Source: Scenedesmus sp. PABB004 (taxonomy: Eukaryota). Taken from it: a stretch of 64,000 nucleotides of DNA. Under the pieces are notes generated by a model. It did no database searches. It worked only from the letters and a program-made list of their open reading frames with translations, and was not told the origin of the DNA. The stretch is taken from contig JABVCE010000005.1 in the NCBI GenBank assembly GCA_014905635.1, positions 434,001 through 498,000 of the forward strand, written 5' to 3'. The translations under genes and the position numbers were made by a program. Positions 41,883-54,840 of this stretch are shown in pieces (within the stretch, counting starts at the first letter, position 1; every line of letters begins with the position of its first letter).

Positions 41883-44800
41883 TCACGCCAGGTCCATCGC
41901 CTCGCCCTCTGCCTCGGCGCGCTCCGCCTGCGCGGCCAGGAACTTGTCGCGCAGCGGGCCCGCGAGCACAACGCGCTTCATAAACGCCGCAAACGGCGCG
42001 CAGCCCTCGGCGCCGGGCAGCCGGTTCAGCACGTCCACGGCGCGCAGGCAGCTGCGCAGCAGCTCCTCGTGCCGGTCCACCTGCGGCGTGCGTGCGCGCG
42101 GCGCTCGGCCGGCAGCGCGCAGCGCGGCGAGCACGCAGCGTGCAGCACGGCGCGGCAACGAGGGGCAGCAGCCAGCGCGCGCCGCGCCGCACCTCCTGCT
42201 TGACCGCGTCGCTCTTGAGCTTGGCGGTCAGCGTCTTCTCCAGCGGCTCGACCAGCTTGTCCAGCTCCCCCAGCACCGCCGCCTCGCCGCCTGGCACGCG
42301 CGGCGACGGCGGGCGCGGGGGCGCGGCGGCCGTGGGGGGCCGCGCGGCCGCGTTGCGCGGCAGGGCGCGCGGTGCGGCGCGGCGCCTGACAGCGGGCGGG
42401 CGCGGCCGCACCTGGGCTGGCGGCGAGCTTGGCCAGCATGAGGTGCGCCGGGGCTTTGACGTCCTGGTGGTCCTTCAGCCCGCTCTCCAGCGCCGCCAGG
42501 AACGCGGGCTGGCCCTGCGGCGCGCGCGGCGGCAGCACAGCGCGCTCAGGCTCGGGCTTGGCGTGCGGGCGCGGGGCGCAGGCAGGCGGGCCGCGTCGCG
42601 CCGCGGCCCGCCGCGCGGCGCGGGGGTGCGCAGCGCGCCTGCAGCGTGTGCGGCGCTGCGGCGAGGAGGATGTCGAGGCACTCCAGCGCCGCCTTGCGCA
42701 GCTCAAGGCCGTCGTCGATGCGGTGCTTGAACGGCCCCAGGTCGACGGTGCGGATCTGGCGCGGCGCCGCGGCGGGACGCGGCGCACACGGGCGGGGCGT
42801 GGCAGCGCTGTGGGCACGCCGGGACGGCGCTCCGACGTGCGTCGGCGCTGTGAGAAGCTGTGTGCCCCCCCCCCCCCGGGCCCGGGCCGAGCGGCGGCGG
42901 TGCGCGAGCGCGCGGCCGCCGCACCATCTCTGGCTTGATGACCGTCTGGTCGTACAGCTCCGGCAGCAGCGCGTCGAGCCCGCCCGCGACGAGGCCGGGC
43001 TTGTGGTGCATGACCGCGCTGAGCGCGACGACCGCGGCCTTGCGCACGTGGCGGTCGCCGTCCTTCATGAGCAGCAGGAAGTCGAGCAGGCAGTCCTGGC
43101 GCGACGCATGTGTGACGCGTGTGACGCGTGTGACGCGTGTTGTGACGTGTGTGTGGCGCGTGCGCGCGCGCGCGCGCGTGAGTGCGTGCTTGTGAGACGA
43201 GGGGGCGCGCGGCGGCGCAGCGGGGCGGCCGCCGCGCCGCGCGCTCGGCGTGGCGGCGCGCCGGCGGGGCGCCGGCCCCGGCGGCGGGGAGGCGCGTGGC
43301 CGCGGCGGTGCGCGCCCTGAACCCTGAACCCACCTTGAGCAGGTCATCCAAGGGGTGGGGGCGGTCGATGACCATGTGCTTGACCGCGCCCACGACGACG
43401 CAGCGCGTGTGCTCGCTCTCGCTGCCCAGCCCGCCGCGCAGCGTCGCGAGCGTCTCGGCGCTGTGCAGCAGCGCGAGGCGGCCCAGGCACTCGGCCACGA
43501 CGTTGCGGCACTCCTCCTCGGACCGCGAGCACGACACCAGCAGCTCCAGCACCTCGCTCAGCTGGGCTGCGGGCGCGCGCGGGGCGCGCGCGGGGCCGGG
43601 CGGGTGGGCCACCCGCCGCGCGGCGTGCGCGGCGCCGCGCGAGGGGCGGGCGCGGGGCCGCGCGGCCTCCCGAGGGCTGCGCCGCACCCGGCGTGAAGCC
43701 GACGTCGGCGGCGCCCGCCTTGGCCTTGCCCGCGCGCGCGCCGACGCTCGCGACGACCTCGCTCAGCGCCTGCAGCAGCAGGTACTGCTGCTTGCTGTTG
43801 CCGCCCGCCGCGCCGATGCTCGACAGCAGGCCGGGCAGGTAGGCCGCCAGGTTGCCGCACGCGACGCCGCCGAGCGCGAGGCTCGCTGCGGCCTTGGTGT
43901 CCTCGCTGTCGCTCGACAGCGCGCCCTGCACCGCGCCCTCGACCGCGGCGTGCTTGGACAGGTCGGACCGGCGGCCGACCTCGCCCAGGCAGAGCAGCGC
44001 GAGGCGCTGCGAGGCTGCGGGCGGCGGCGGGCGGCGGCGCCAGCGGCGTGAGGCGCGGGCGAGTTCGCGGCCGCGCGGGGCGCGCGCGCGCGCGTCGCGG
44101 CCGCAGCGGCCGCCGCCGCCGCCCCGTGCGCCCGTTGCGCGGCCCCGCGCCGCCCGCCCGCCCGCACCCGGGTCGGCGCTCTTTAGCATCTGCAGCAGCT
44201 GCTTGACCGTCGCATCGACCTGCTTCGGCCCCGCCGCCACGACCAGCACCGCCGCGCACGCCGCGACCGCGCCCTGCGCCTGGCGCGCGCTGCCGTCGCT
44301 GCTCGCAGCGCCGCGGCCGCGGCCCTCGTCCAGCAGCGCGCTCAGCAGGGCCTCCGTGCTCGCCGCAGGCGCGCCCGTGCCGGCGAGCGCCGGGAACAGC
44401 GCCTGCAGCTCCGCCAGCGCCGCGCCCTGGGCACGCGAGGCGGCGGCGGGGCCGCGCGTGAGCGGGCGCGGCGGCCACGCTCGGTCGCTCCGCGCTTGGG
44501 CGCCGCGGGCGCCGCCGCTCGCTCCCCGCGCCGCACCTGCAGCAGCGGGCTGCGCACGAGCGCGAGCGCCGCCGGCAGCACCTTGCCCGCGACCTCCGCC
44601 GCCACGCCCGGCTGCGCCTGCAGCAGGGTGACGCAGAGCTTGAGGCTCAGTGCAGCAAGGGAGAGGTCGGAGTCGCTCACGAGACCCGCGGCCTCGCCGA
44701 CGACCGCCTCGGCGGCGTCCGGCGCGAGCGCGCCGCCGAGCTTGGCGCACAGCGCATCCAGCGCGGTGAGCGAGGCCTGGCGCAGCAGGCGGTTGGCCTT

Positions 44801-47800
44801 GCGCAGGAACGAGGTGAGCTCCGCCTGCAAGCGCGCACACGGCGCGGCGCCGGGGCGCGGGGCGCGGGCGGCGGCGTCAGCTCGGCCCACCACGAGCGGC
44901 AGCGCTCGCGCCTGCGCTGCAACTCTCCAGGCCGGGCGCGGCCGCGCCGCGCGCCGCGCGGCGCGCGGCGCCGCGCACCGTGACCGGCTCCAGCACCGCG
45001 TCGAGGCCCAGCTCGAGGCGCGACGCCGCGAGGATGCCGACGCCCTTGACCGCGGGGAGGCGCGTGATCTCGTTGCGTAGGCGCTCGAGCAGCAGCTTCA
45101 GCACGCCCGGCACCTCGCCCGCCAGCGCGTCGCCGAGCGCGGCGACGAGGTGGGCCATGCCCAGGATGGCCGCCTCCTTGACCTCAGCGTCCTGGTCCTG
45201 CGCCGCCAGGCGGCCGTTGATGACCGAAAAGAGCTGCGGCGCCAGCGGCGCCAGCGCCGGCGACAGCGCCTCGGGCGGGCACGGGCGCAGCACGGTGACG
45301 AGCTGCTCGCACACGCGCAGCGCCTCGGCCGCGACCTGCGCCGGCGTGTGCGTGGGCGGGCGCGCGGGCGCGCGGGCCGCGCTCGGGCGCGGCGTGCCGC
45401 GCTCGGGCGCGGCGTGCCGCGCTGCGCCGCCCGCGCCAACCCACCTTGTAGTAGCGCTCGCCGACCGCCGCAAACACGGCCTCCGCGAGCGCGGCGGCGT
45501 GCGGCTGGAACGCGGCCGGCGGCGCGGCGTCGAGCGCGGCGCGGAGGAAGGCGAGGGCCTCGATCTTGAGGCTGCTGCTGCTCGCCGACTTGTCCTTGCA
45601 CGCAGCGAGGATGCCTGGCGGCGGCGGCGGCGGCGCGGCCGCGTCAGCGGGGGGCGCGCACCGCGGCGCGCGTGGCGCGCCCGGCGCGCGTGCCCGCCGC
45701 GCGACGCGGACGCCTCGGCGCGCACCCGGCACCAGCAGGCCGACGTCCTCCGCGACCGCCGCGGGCAGCACGCCCACGAGCGTGCGCAGCACGCCAAACG
45801 TGCCGATGCGGGTCTTGGCGGACTTGTCGCCGAGCTGCCGCGCCGCCGCCTTGAGCACGGCGCCCACGTCGCGCTGCAGCGCGGCGCGCGGGCTCGCGGG
45901 GTCGTCCGGCGCGAAGCGCGCCGCCACGGCGCCGACCTGCGCGGCGAGCGCGGGCCGCGGAGCCGCGTTCGGTCGCTGTCGCCCCGCGCGCACGTGCTCG
46001 CTCGCCGCGCCGGCCCGCGGGGCGGGGCGATCGCCGCGAGCAGCGCGCCGCGAGCAGCGCGCCGCGAGCGGCACCTGGCGCAGGAGGTCGGCGTAGGCGG
46101 CAAACACGTCGGCCTTCACGTTCTCCTCGCGCTCCCGGAAGCGCGCGACGAGCTCGCCCGCGGCCGCGGCGTAGAGGTCACCCACGGCGTCGGGGTAGGC
46201 CCGCACGAGCGCGCTCACGAGCTTGGCCGCGGCGCTGCGGGCGCACGAGTGAGCGGTCGGCGGCGGGCTCGTGAGCACCGCCACGGCGTTGACACGCCAC
46301 CCGCCAGCCGCGCGGCCGCGCGCGGGTCAACTCACCGCCGGACCTTCCAGCTCATGTCCTCGTCGTCGCTGTACTCCTCGTCGCTGCCGTCGTCGTCGTC
46401 GTCGCTGCCGCCGGCGCCGTCCTCGCTCATGTCCTCCTCGCCGCCCGCGTAGTTGGGGTCGTACCTGCGCCAGCACGGTGCGCACAGCACGCGCTCAGCA
46501 GCACGCTCAGCACGCGCTCAGCAGACACGCGGAGCGCGACGCCGGCCGCCTGCCCCCCGCGCGGCCGCGCACCGGATGCAGCGCAGCGCCTCGCCCAGCA
46601 GCTGCTCCAGGAACGGCCGCGCGTCGTTGGGCGAGCGCGAGACGAAGCTCTCGAGCGCCTGCGCCACGCACGGCGGCGCGCCGTGAGCCCGCCGCGCCGC
46701 CGCCGGCCACGCGCCGCACCGCCGCCGGCCACAGCCGCACAGCGCGCCTCACGCCGCCGCGTCCCGGCACGCCGCCGCCCCACCTGCAGCGCGTACTCGC
46801 GCAGCTCGTCCTCGCCCTCGGCCGCGGCCTTGTTTGCGGCCAGCATCAGCGGCACTGCGCGGCTGAGGTGCCGCCCGAAGCGGTACCCCGCCGCGCGGCT
46901 GAGCACGCCGACGCCGTGCACGTAGCTGCGCGCGGTGTCGGGCTTGAGCCCGCCGCCGGCGAGCTGGTCCAGCTTGTGCGCCGCGACGGCGTCGAGCTGC
47001 GCGTCCGACAGGCACGGCGCGAGCGCGCCTGCGGCGGCGCGGCGCGGCGCGGCGCAGCGGCGGCGTCGGGCGCGGTCGCGGGGGAGCGCTGCCGCGCAGC
47101 TCGCCGCGCGTGCGCGCGCGCCCGCGGGCCCCTCGCGCGCAGCGCGCACCGATGCAGTGCAGCGCGCGCTTGCGCACGCCCTGGCGGTGGTCGTCCAGCA
47201 GCGGCGTGAGCGCCGCGACGAGCGCGGCGTGCTGCTCCGGCAGGAGGTGCCCGAACTTGGCCAGCGTGTCGGTCAGGATGTCGAGGCTGTCGTTCAGGAC
47301 CTCAAAGTTGTCCTGCAAGGGCACCAGCGGCGGCGCGGCGCGCGAGCGTGAGTGAGCCGGGCGCGCGCGCGTGAGGGCCGCTGCCGCCGGCGCGCGCGCC
47401 CCAGCCGCCGCCGGCACGCATGCGCGCGCGCGCGCGCCTTTTGCTGCACGCCGTCGAGCATGCGGCCGCTGATGAGCGCGGCCGCGGGGTGCGCGAGGCC
47501 GCCGCCGGCCGCCTCTATGACCGTCTTGAGGCCGATGGTCGCGATGTCGCGGCTCTGGTCCTTCTTGGCCGGCGCGGCGACCTTGTCGCACAGGCCCTTG
47601 ACCAGCTCCAGCACGCGCGGCTCGCCGACCTTGCGCACGAGCACGCCCAGGCTGCGCGGCGGCAGCGGCGCGGCGGCAGCAGCGCGGGGTTGCGGCGCGC
47701 GCCCGCCGCCGCACCCGCCGCCGCCGCCGCTGCCGCGCCCGCCGCGCCCGCCGCGCCGGCGCTGCCACTGCGGCCGCGCGCGCGCCGGGCGGCGGTGGGC

Positions 47801-48156
47801 GGGCGGGGCAGCGCACCACTTGACGGCGAGGCCGGAGATGTCGCCCGACGCGTCCTCGAGCTGCACCGCGACCACGCCGCACAGGCGCTTCTCGAGCTCC
47901 GGGTCGACCTGGAACGTGTCCTTGCTCAGCTCGTTGAGCAGGTCGCTGGTGGCCATGTACCGAAAGTCCTTGTCCTTGGACGCCACCTGCACGCCAAGGC
48001 GGGCGGGCAGCGAGCGGTTGCGGCGGGCAGCAGCGGCGTCGATCAGCAACCGCCCCGCCGCGCCGCCGCCGCCGCCAGCGCGGGCCTGAGCGCGCGGCGA
48101 GGCGCCGGGCGGGCGCGCACCTTCTCCAGGATGAGGTTCATCGCGGCCGCAGACAT
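41883..48156 (-). CDS. CAND1: Cullin-associated NEDD8-dissociated protein 1 (HEAT repeats), multi-exon
   Basis: DKDFRYMATSDLLNEL, DDEDMSWKVRR, REREENVKADVF, QDQDAEVKEAAI, LERLRNEITRL, VDLGPFKHRIDDGLELRKAA, AVKQEVDR. Confidence 0.96.
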
Positions 48157-48803
48157 CGCGCCGCGCTTTGGCGGGCGTGCTGCGCGTCCGCGGGCGCCGC
48201 TGCGCCGCTGCTCCCGGGCCCCAGGCGCCGCGGGCGTGCGTGTGGGACCGCCGAAGCGATCAGCGCCTGCTGAACGCCGCCTGGGCGCGGGGGGGCGCCG
48301 CTCGCTGCGCACGGACGGCGCGAGTCGGAGGCAGCGGGCGCGCTGTGCGGACGCTCGCTGGCGCTCCCGCGGCGTTCGGTGTCGAGGCTTCGACGACGTC
48401 GCTCCCGTGCGCTGGTGCACCAGGCGCGAGGCGAGCGGCCGCTGTTCAGCTCGCGCGAATGCCCTGGGGCGCGGCGCAGGCGTCGCCCCTGATCGCGGCG
48501 AGACGTGCCTTGCAGGCCGGCGCACGCCAGCTGCCGCCTCGTGACGCGCCGCCGCCGGGCCGCGCGCTGAGCAGCGCCGCCGCTGCGCCAGCGCGCGAGA
48601 GCGGGGGCAGCCGCAGTCCCGTGCCGCGCGAGTGACTGCAGACGCTGACAGCGCTCCGTACGCGCACGGGCCAGCCCAGCGCGCACCCCCACGCCGCGGC
48701 AGCGCCAGGCTGGTGACGGCCTCGCCACCGCGACGCGCCGCCGCGGTCTGATCCCGGCCTGTCGGCGAGCGCCGCGCCGCGCCTCGCCTGAAGGGCGCCC
48801 GAC

Positions 48804-51327
48804 ATGCCGATCGTCACCGTGCAGATTGGCCAGTGCGGCAACCAGGCGCGCCGGCAGCGGCGCGGGCAGCAGCGCTGCCGCGCGCACGCTCACCCCCCAC
48901 GCCGCCGTGCCCCCGCGCAGCTGGGCGCACAGTGGTTTGACACGCTGGCGGAGGAGCTGGGCGGCGGCGGGTACGGCGCGCACGCGGCCGACGCCTACTT
49001 TGAGCGGCGCGACGCGGGCGGCGGCCCCGCGGTGGCCCGCGCTGGGCGGCGCGCGCGGTGATGGCGGACATGGAGCCAAAGGTGTGTCTGCCCCTGCCTC
49101 CCACCCGCGCGGCGGGGCGCACGCGTTGCCTGCCTGCTCCCTGGCAGGCGCAGCCGTCCGCCGGCGTGCACGAGGCGCGCACGACCCCGCGCCGCCGCCG
49201 CCGGCGCCGCGGCGCCCGCAGGTCATCTACTCGGCGCGCCAGCGCGCCGCCGCGAGCGCGCACGGCTGGGCGTACGCGCCCGGCTGCGCCGCGGCGGGGC
49301 AGAGCGGCAGCGGCAACAACTGGGCCCTCGGGCACAACCGCTACGGGCCGGCCATGGTGCCCGCGGTGCTGGAGCTCGTGCGCCGCCAGGTGCGCCGACG
49401 CGGGCCGCCGCCGCCGCGCGCGCGGGCCGCCGCGGCCCGCGCTGCCCTCGAGCCGCCGCCGCTGCCGCCGCGGCGCGCAGGTGGAGGCGTGTGATGTGTT
49501 TGAGGGTTTCCTCATGCTGCAGAGCATGGCCGGCGGCACGGGCGCAGGCGCGGGGACGTGCCTGGCCGAGGCGCTCGTGGACGAGCACGGCGGCGCTCAC
49601 ATGCTCAACTGCTGCGTCTGGTGCGCCGCGGCGCGCGGGGCCCAGCTCCGCGCGCGCTGCCCACGCGTCGGCCGCCGCTGCGCGGGCGGGCGGGCGGGCG
49701 GGCGGGCGCGGCGTGTGCGCACCGCCGCCGTCGGCCGCGCGCGCGTGTGCGCAGGCCCTACGCGTCGGGCGAGGTCACGGTGCAGCCCTACAACACCCTG
49801 CTGACAATGAGCGCCCTGGTCGAGCTCTCCAGCGGCGTGCTGCTGCTGCAGAACGAGGCGCTGCACGCGACGTGCGCGCGGCTGCTGCGCGTCGAAAACC
49901 CTGGGTTCAAGGCGCGGAGGCGGCGGCGCGCGGCGGCAGCACGCGGCGACGCGCCGCACACCCGGCGCCGGCGCGCGCCGCGCCTCACGCGCGCGCGGCG
50001 CGCCCCTGCCCGCGTGTGCGCGCCCGTGCGCAGGACCTGAACGCTGTCGCTGCGCGCGCGCTCGCGAGCGCGATGCTCCCGGCGCGCGCGCGGCCGGCCG
50101 CGCCGGCGCCGGTGCCGTCGGCCGCGCCGCCGCCCGCGGCGCGTTCGCCCAGCCGGGGCAGCCCGGCGCGCGCGGCAGCGCAGCAGCAGCAGGCGGAGCC
50201 GCAGATGCTGGGCAGCGGCGGCGGCCAGGGGCTGCTGCACCCGATCGCCGACCTCACCTGCCATCTGTTCAACCACCCAAGGTGCGCGCGCCGCGTGCAG
50301 CGTCCGCCGCGACGCCTGCGTCCGCGCGCGCCGCCCGGCGCGCGCGCTGCCGCCGTCCCACGCCCCCGCCCGCCGCCGCGCAGCTACCGCCTGGCGTCGC
50401 TGCGGTGCGTGCCGCAGCTGCCGGCGGGCTCGATCGACTTTACAACCTTCACCTGGCCCGCGCTGCTGCGCAGGCTGCGCGCGATGGGCCTGGCGGGTGC
50501 GCCCCGCGCCCCGCCGCGCGCGCGCCGCCGCCGCCGCACCGCCGCCGCCGCCGCGGCACGCCACCGCCGCGCGCGCCGCCGCGTCTGCCGCCGGGGTGCG
50601 CAGGCGCGTTCCTGGACGAGTGCCTATCCAGCTTCATGACCTCGGCCGGTGCGCCGGTGCCGCTGCACAAGTACAAGAACCGCGCCGCGAGCAGCATGCT
50701 GGTCCTGCGCGGCAGCGACGCGGGTGCGGCCGCGCGCCGCGGGCCGGCGGCCGTGGCGGGCGCGCCGCCGGCCTGCAGGCGCGCCGCCGGCTGCCGCCGC
50801 CGACCGCCGACCGCGCGGCGCGCAGCGTCCGTGGCGGTGCCCGAGTTTGCCGACCCCCACTGGCACGCGCCCTGGGCGGTCGACCCGCTGCTGGTCGCGG
50901 CGCACGGCGCGCGCTTTGCCGGCTGCCAGATGGCCGCGACGCTGCTCGCCACCGACCAGGCGCGGCCGCCTCGCCGCGGCGCGCGGCGGCACGCACGCAG
51001 CGCGCGCGCACGCGCGCGGCGCCCTGACCCGCCGCCCCGGCCGCGCAGGCGTGCGTGGCGGCGCTGCGGCCGATGCTGGCCAAGGCGTACGCCATGCTGG
51101 CCGCGCGCGCGTACGTCCATCAGTATGAGGCCGCGGGGCTGGGGCGGCCCGAGCTGGAGGCGAGCTGCGCGGCCGTGGAGGACACGCTGGCCGCGTACGG
51201 CGCCCTGTCCCGGCCTGAGCGCGGCGAGCCGCAGGCCCGCGCGCGCGGGCCGGCCGCTGCGACACGCGGCGGCCGCGCGCGCGGGGGGCGGCCGCTGCAA
51301 CACGCGGCGAGGGTGGGGGCAGGTTAA
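48804..51327 (+). CDS. TUBD1: Delta-tubulin (UNI3/TUBD1), 10 exons; frameshifted in exon 2 as assembled (possible pseudogene or assembly error)
   Basis: VTVQIGQCGNQ, DMEPKVI, QSGSGNNWALG, SMAGGTGAG, WPY..GEV.VQPYN, RAYVHQY; 14 extra nt at 49044-49057 give TGA at 49059. Confidence 0.85.
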
Positions 51328-51607
51328 CTCACGCTTCTGGACCTCCACCGGTGTTCTGCGGACCTCCCCCAGCTCTGCAGCTCTTTCAGCGCCCCCAGCG
51401 CACAGCTAGCGCGCGCGCTGCGTGGCGCCGCTCCAGCGCCTCGCTCCGAGAGATGTGCACGCCCCTCGTACGCGGCGGCGCGCGCCGCGGGGGGCTTCAT
51501 TGGCAGTGCTGTGCGTCAAGTTGGCCGGCGGCAGTGCTGGGCAGTGGTGCGGGTCGCAGCTCAGTGATGGACTGGTCAGGTCTGGTCTGGCCGCAGGCAC
51601 GCGGCGC

Positions 51608-52386
51608 TCAGTGGAAACGATAGTGCTTCCGCACCTGCGCGGCAGCGGCGGCGGGCGTTGCAGGCCGCGCCCGCTGCGGGCGACGACGCCCGCCCGCCTC
51701 GCCGCGCACGGCGCCGCACACCGCGCGCGCGGGCGCGCGGCGGCGCGCACCGCCTCCTTGACGTCCCACACGCAGGTCATGCCGGCGGGAAAGGTCGCAA
51801 AGTCGCCGGCGGCGAGCTCGACCGGCTCGCCGCCCTCGGGCGTGACGACGACGCGGCCGGCGAGGAAATAGGCGTCCTCGTTCTCGGCATAGCTCCAGTC
51901 AAAGCTCCCCACCTCTGCGCCCCACGTCGGCCAGGACGCAACGCCCTTGCGCTTCAGCAGGTCGTCCTGCATCTTGCGAATGACCGGGATGTGGGTCGGG
52001 AAGACCGACACGGCGGAGCCCTCGACCTGGCTCGCCACGACCTGCAGCCGGCCGCGCCTGCGGCGAGCGGCGGCGGGGCGCGGGGTCACAGCAGCGGGGG
52101 CAGCAGCGGCCCCGGGGGCAGCGGCGGCGGGAGCGGCAGCGGCGGCGGGGGCGGCAGCAGCGGCGGCGGGAGCAGCAGCAGTGCCAGCAGCAGCGGCGGC
52201 AGCAGCGCCGGCGGCAGCAGCGGCGGCAGCGCGGGCGGCAGCAGCGGCGCCGCTGGCGCAGGGCGTCTCTTCCGACCACACGCCCTCAATCCGTCACGCA
52301 GCGTCCACTCGCCCGCACCTGGGCGCCCGGCTGGCCAGAACGGAGCCGCGCTGGGCGGCAGCGGCCGCACGCATGGTCGCCGCCAT
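51608..52386 (-). CDS. Cupin_3/DUF861 (RmlC-like cupin) protein with transit-like N-terminus, 3 exons
   Basis: GVASWPTWG...FDWSY...E.AYFLAGRVVVTPEGG...GD...FPAGMTCVWDVKEA|VRKHY. Confidence 0.88.
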
Positions 52387-52593
52387 CTGCTCCTGCAGCA
52401 GCTCCTCGAGCGCAAGGGAGAACGGGGGCGCCGTGGTGAGCGGCGCGTCGTGCGTGAGGCGTGTGGCGGCGGGCGGCGGGGGGCGGCGGGAATGGGCGCT
52501 GCGCAGAGCCCTGCTGCGCCGCGCCTCGGCCGCGGCGCCGTGCCTGTGCTTGATCGGCCGCCGCCTCGCGCGCACGGATCGGGGGTCGTGCGC

Positions 52594-52598
52594 TTACA
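52594..52598 (-). terminator. Chlorophyte-type polyadenylation signal TGTAA in the eIF3b 3' UTR
   Basis: ttaca on the + strand ~110 bp past the eIF3b stop. Confidence 0.6.
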
Positions 52599-52704
52599 CT
52601 GTGCACGCAAAAAAAGCAGGCGCTGCCGCAGCCGGCAGCAGCAACTCGCGCGCGCGCGCGCCGCCGCGCCGCCGCGGCGCGCGGCGCCGCGCGGCGCGGC
52701 GCGC

Positions 52705-54806
52705 TCAGCCGTTGTAGGGCTCTTCCCGCACGTCCAGCACCTGCTCCACGGTCGCCGTGGTCATGACAAACTCCTTCTCCGCCGCGCGGGGGCCGTACGT
52801 GGCCTCGTAGAAGGCGCGGAGCGACTGCACGTACGCCGCGCGCGCCGCGACGCTCGCGTCCCACTCCTCCTGCTGCTTCGCGCGCTCCTGCAGCACGTCG
52901 GCGTCGGCCTGCAGCAGCAGCGCCTCGTCCTCCTCGTCGTACCTGCGGCGGCGGCGGCGGCGGCGGGGCTCGCGGTGGGCGGGGCGCGCGGCGGGCGGGG
53001 AGCGCGGCGGGAGCGCGGCGCGCGGCGGCGGCGCGCGGCGGCGCCGCGCTGCTCTGCAGCAGCGGCATGCCCCCTGCCGCCGCGCCGCGCCGCGCTGAGC
53101 GCCCCTGTGCGCCGCGCCCTGGGCGCACCTGCGGCTGTACTCCTTGAGGTTCTTCTTGATCTCCTCCTCCTTCTCCTTGGGCAGCAGGCTCGGTACGCGC
53201 GGGCGCCAGCTCAGCTGCATGAAGCGGTCCTTGGGCAGCCTGGCGCGGCAGGGACGCGCGGCGCCGGCAGGGAGGGGCGCGGGGAGGGGGCGGGGCGTGA
53301 GCGCGCGCGCGCGGGGCGGCGGGGCGCGGCGGGCCGCGGGGAGAGCCGCGCGGCGCCCGGCGGCGGCGGCGCGCACAGCGCGGCCGCCTGGCGCCCGCCT
53401 CCCCTGGCGCCCGCCTCCCCTCGCGCCCGCCTCCCCTGCCCTCCCCTCCCCTGCCCTCCCCTCCCCTGCCCTCCGCCTTCCCTGCCCTCCCCCGGCCCCT
53501 GGCCCCCGGCTCACGTGTAGAGCAGCTTGCCGTTGAAGGACCACATGTTGAAGCCGTTCTCCATCTGGTGCACGCTCGTGACCGCGCTCGCGACGTAGCG
53601 CCCGGTCGGGTCCCACTCGACGTCGGTCGCCATGAAGTGCTCCGCCGCGGCGAGGATCTCAAACTCGTCGACGTTGAAAAACTCGAGCTGCCCGTTGAGC
53701 GCGCGCAGGCCGGAGAGCACGATGTTGTGCCCGTTGGGCGACCAGTGGATGCCGTTGACGGCCTTGTTGGTCAGCGTGCCTACGCGCGGCGGCGCAAGGC
53801 GCGCGGCGGGCGTGGGCGGCGGGCGTGGGCGGCCGCGCGGCGCGCGGCGCGCCGCGTGTGCGTCGCAGCAGCACGCGCCGCGCCGCACCGAGCAGCTTGA
53901 CGCCGAGCTTGCCCTTGTCGTCCTTCATGGTGTAGAACGACACGTTGGGCCGCCCCGTGTCGCCGTGCACGAGCGCAAAGCGGTGCCCGCGCGGCTCCCA
54001 CGCAAAGCTCAGCACCTTGTCCGCCTTGTTGGGCAGCTCCAGCACCTGCGTGGTGGGGGCGGGGCGCCGGCGCGCGTGCGTGCGCGGCGTCAGGCCGCCG
54101 CCGCCGCCTGCAGCCCACCGCCGCCGCCGCGGGCCACACCACCCCGCCTGCAGCCCCGCCGCCTGCAGCCCCGCGCGGCACGGGCGCCGCCTGCAGCCGC
54201 CCGCGCCGCCGCCGCGACTGCCGCGACTGCCGCCGCCGCTGCTGCCGCGGGCCAGACCCCGCCGCCTGCCGCTACCCGCGCCCCGCGGGCGCTGCTGCGC
54301 GTCTGCCGCGACTGCTGGCGCGTCTGCTGCCGCCGCCGCGCCCTCACGTCGAGTGGGATGTCCTGCTCGTGGATGGAGAAGAGCTCAAAGCCGGTGTAGG
54401 TCGACTTCTTGGTCTTGGTGAACCGCCCGACCTGCACCGCCATGTAGTCGCCCTGCGGGTGCCAGTAGATCTTGACGTCTGCGCGGCGGCGCGCGGGGCG
54501 CGCGGCGGGGCGCGGCGGGTCGGTCGGGAGGGCGGCGCGGCAGCGCGACGCGGCGGCGGGGGCGGCAGGCGCGGCGCGGCGGCATAGGCGTGGGAGCGCG
54601 CGGCGGCGCGGGGCGACGCGCGGGGCGGCGCGCGGGGGCGGCGCGCGGGGGCGGCGCGGCTCACCGCTGACGTTGAAGAGCTGCTTGCTGCGCACGGGCG
54701 TGCGCTCGGGGATGCGGATGACGGTGATGTTGGCGGGGCGGTCGCCCACCTCGGCCGTGTACGCTGCGAGCAGCGGCTCGCTCGGGCTCCACTCAAAGTC
54801 CTGCGA

Positions 54807-54840
<34 letters not shown>

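Noticed and set aside
49059..49061. Selenocysteine or stop readthrough, or a mini-intron, rescuing delta-tubulin
   Set aside because: Readthrough would stay out of frame; the 14-nt insert lacks GT/GC-AG ends and is too short to splice
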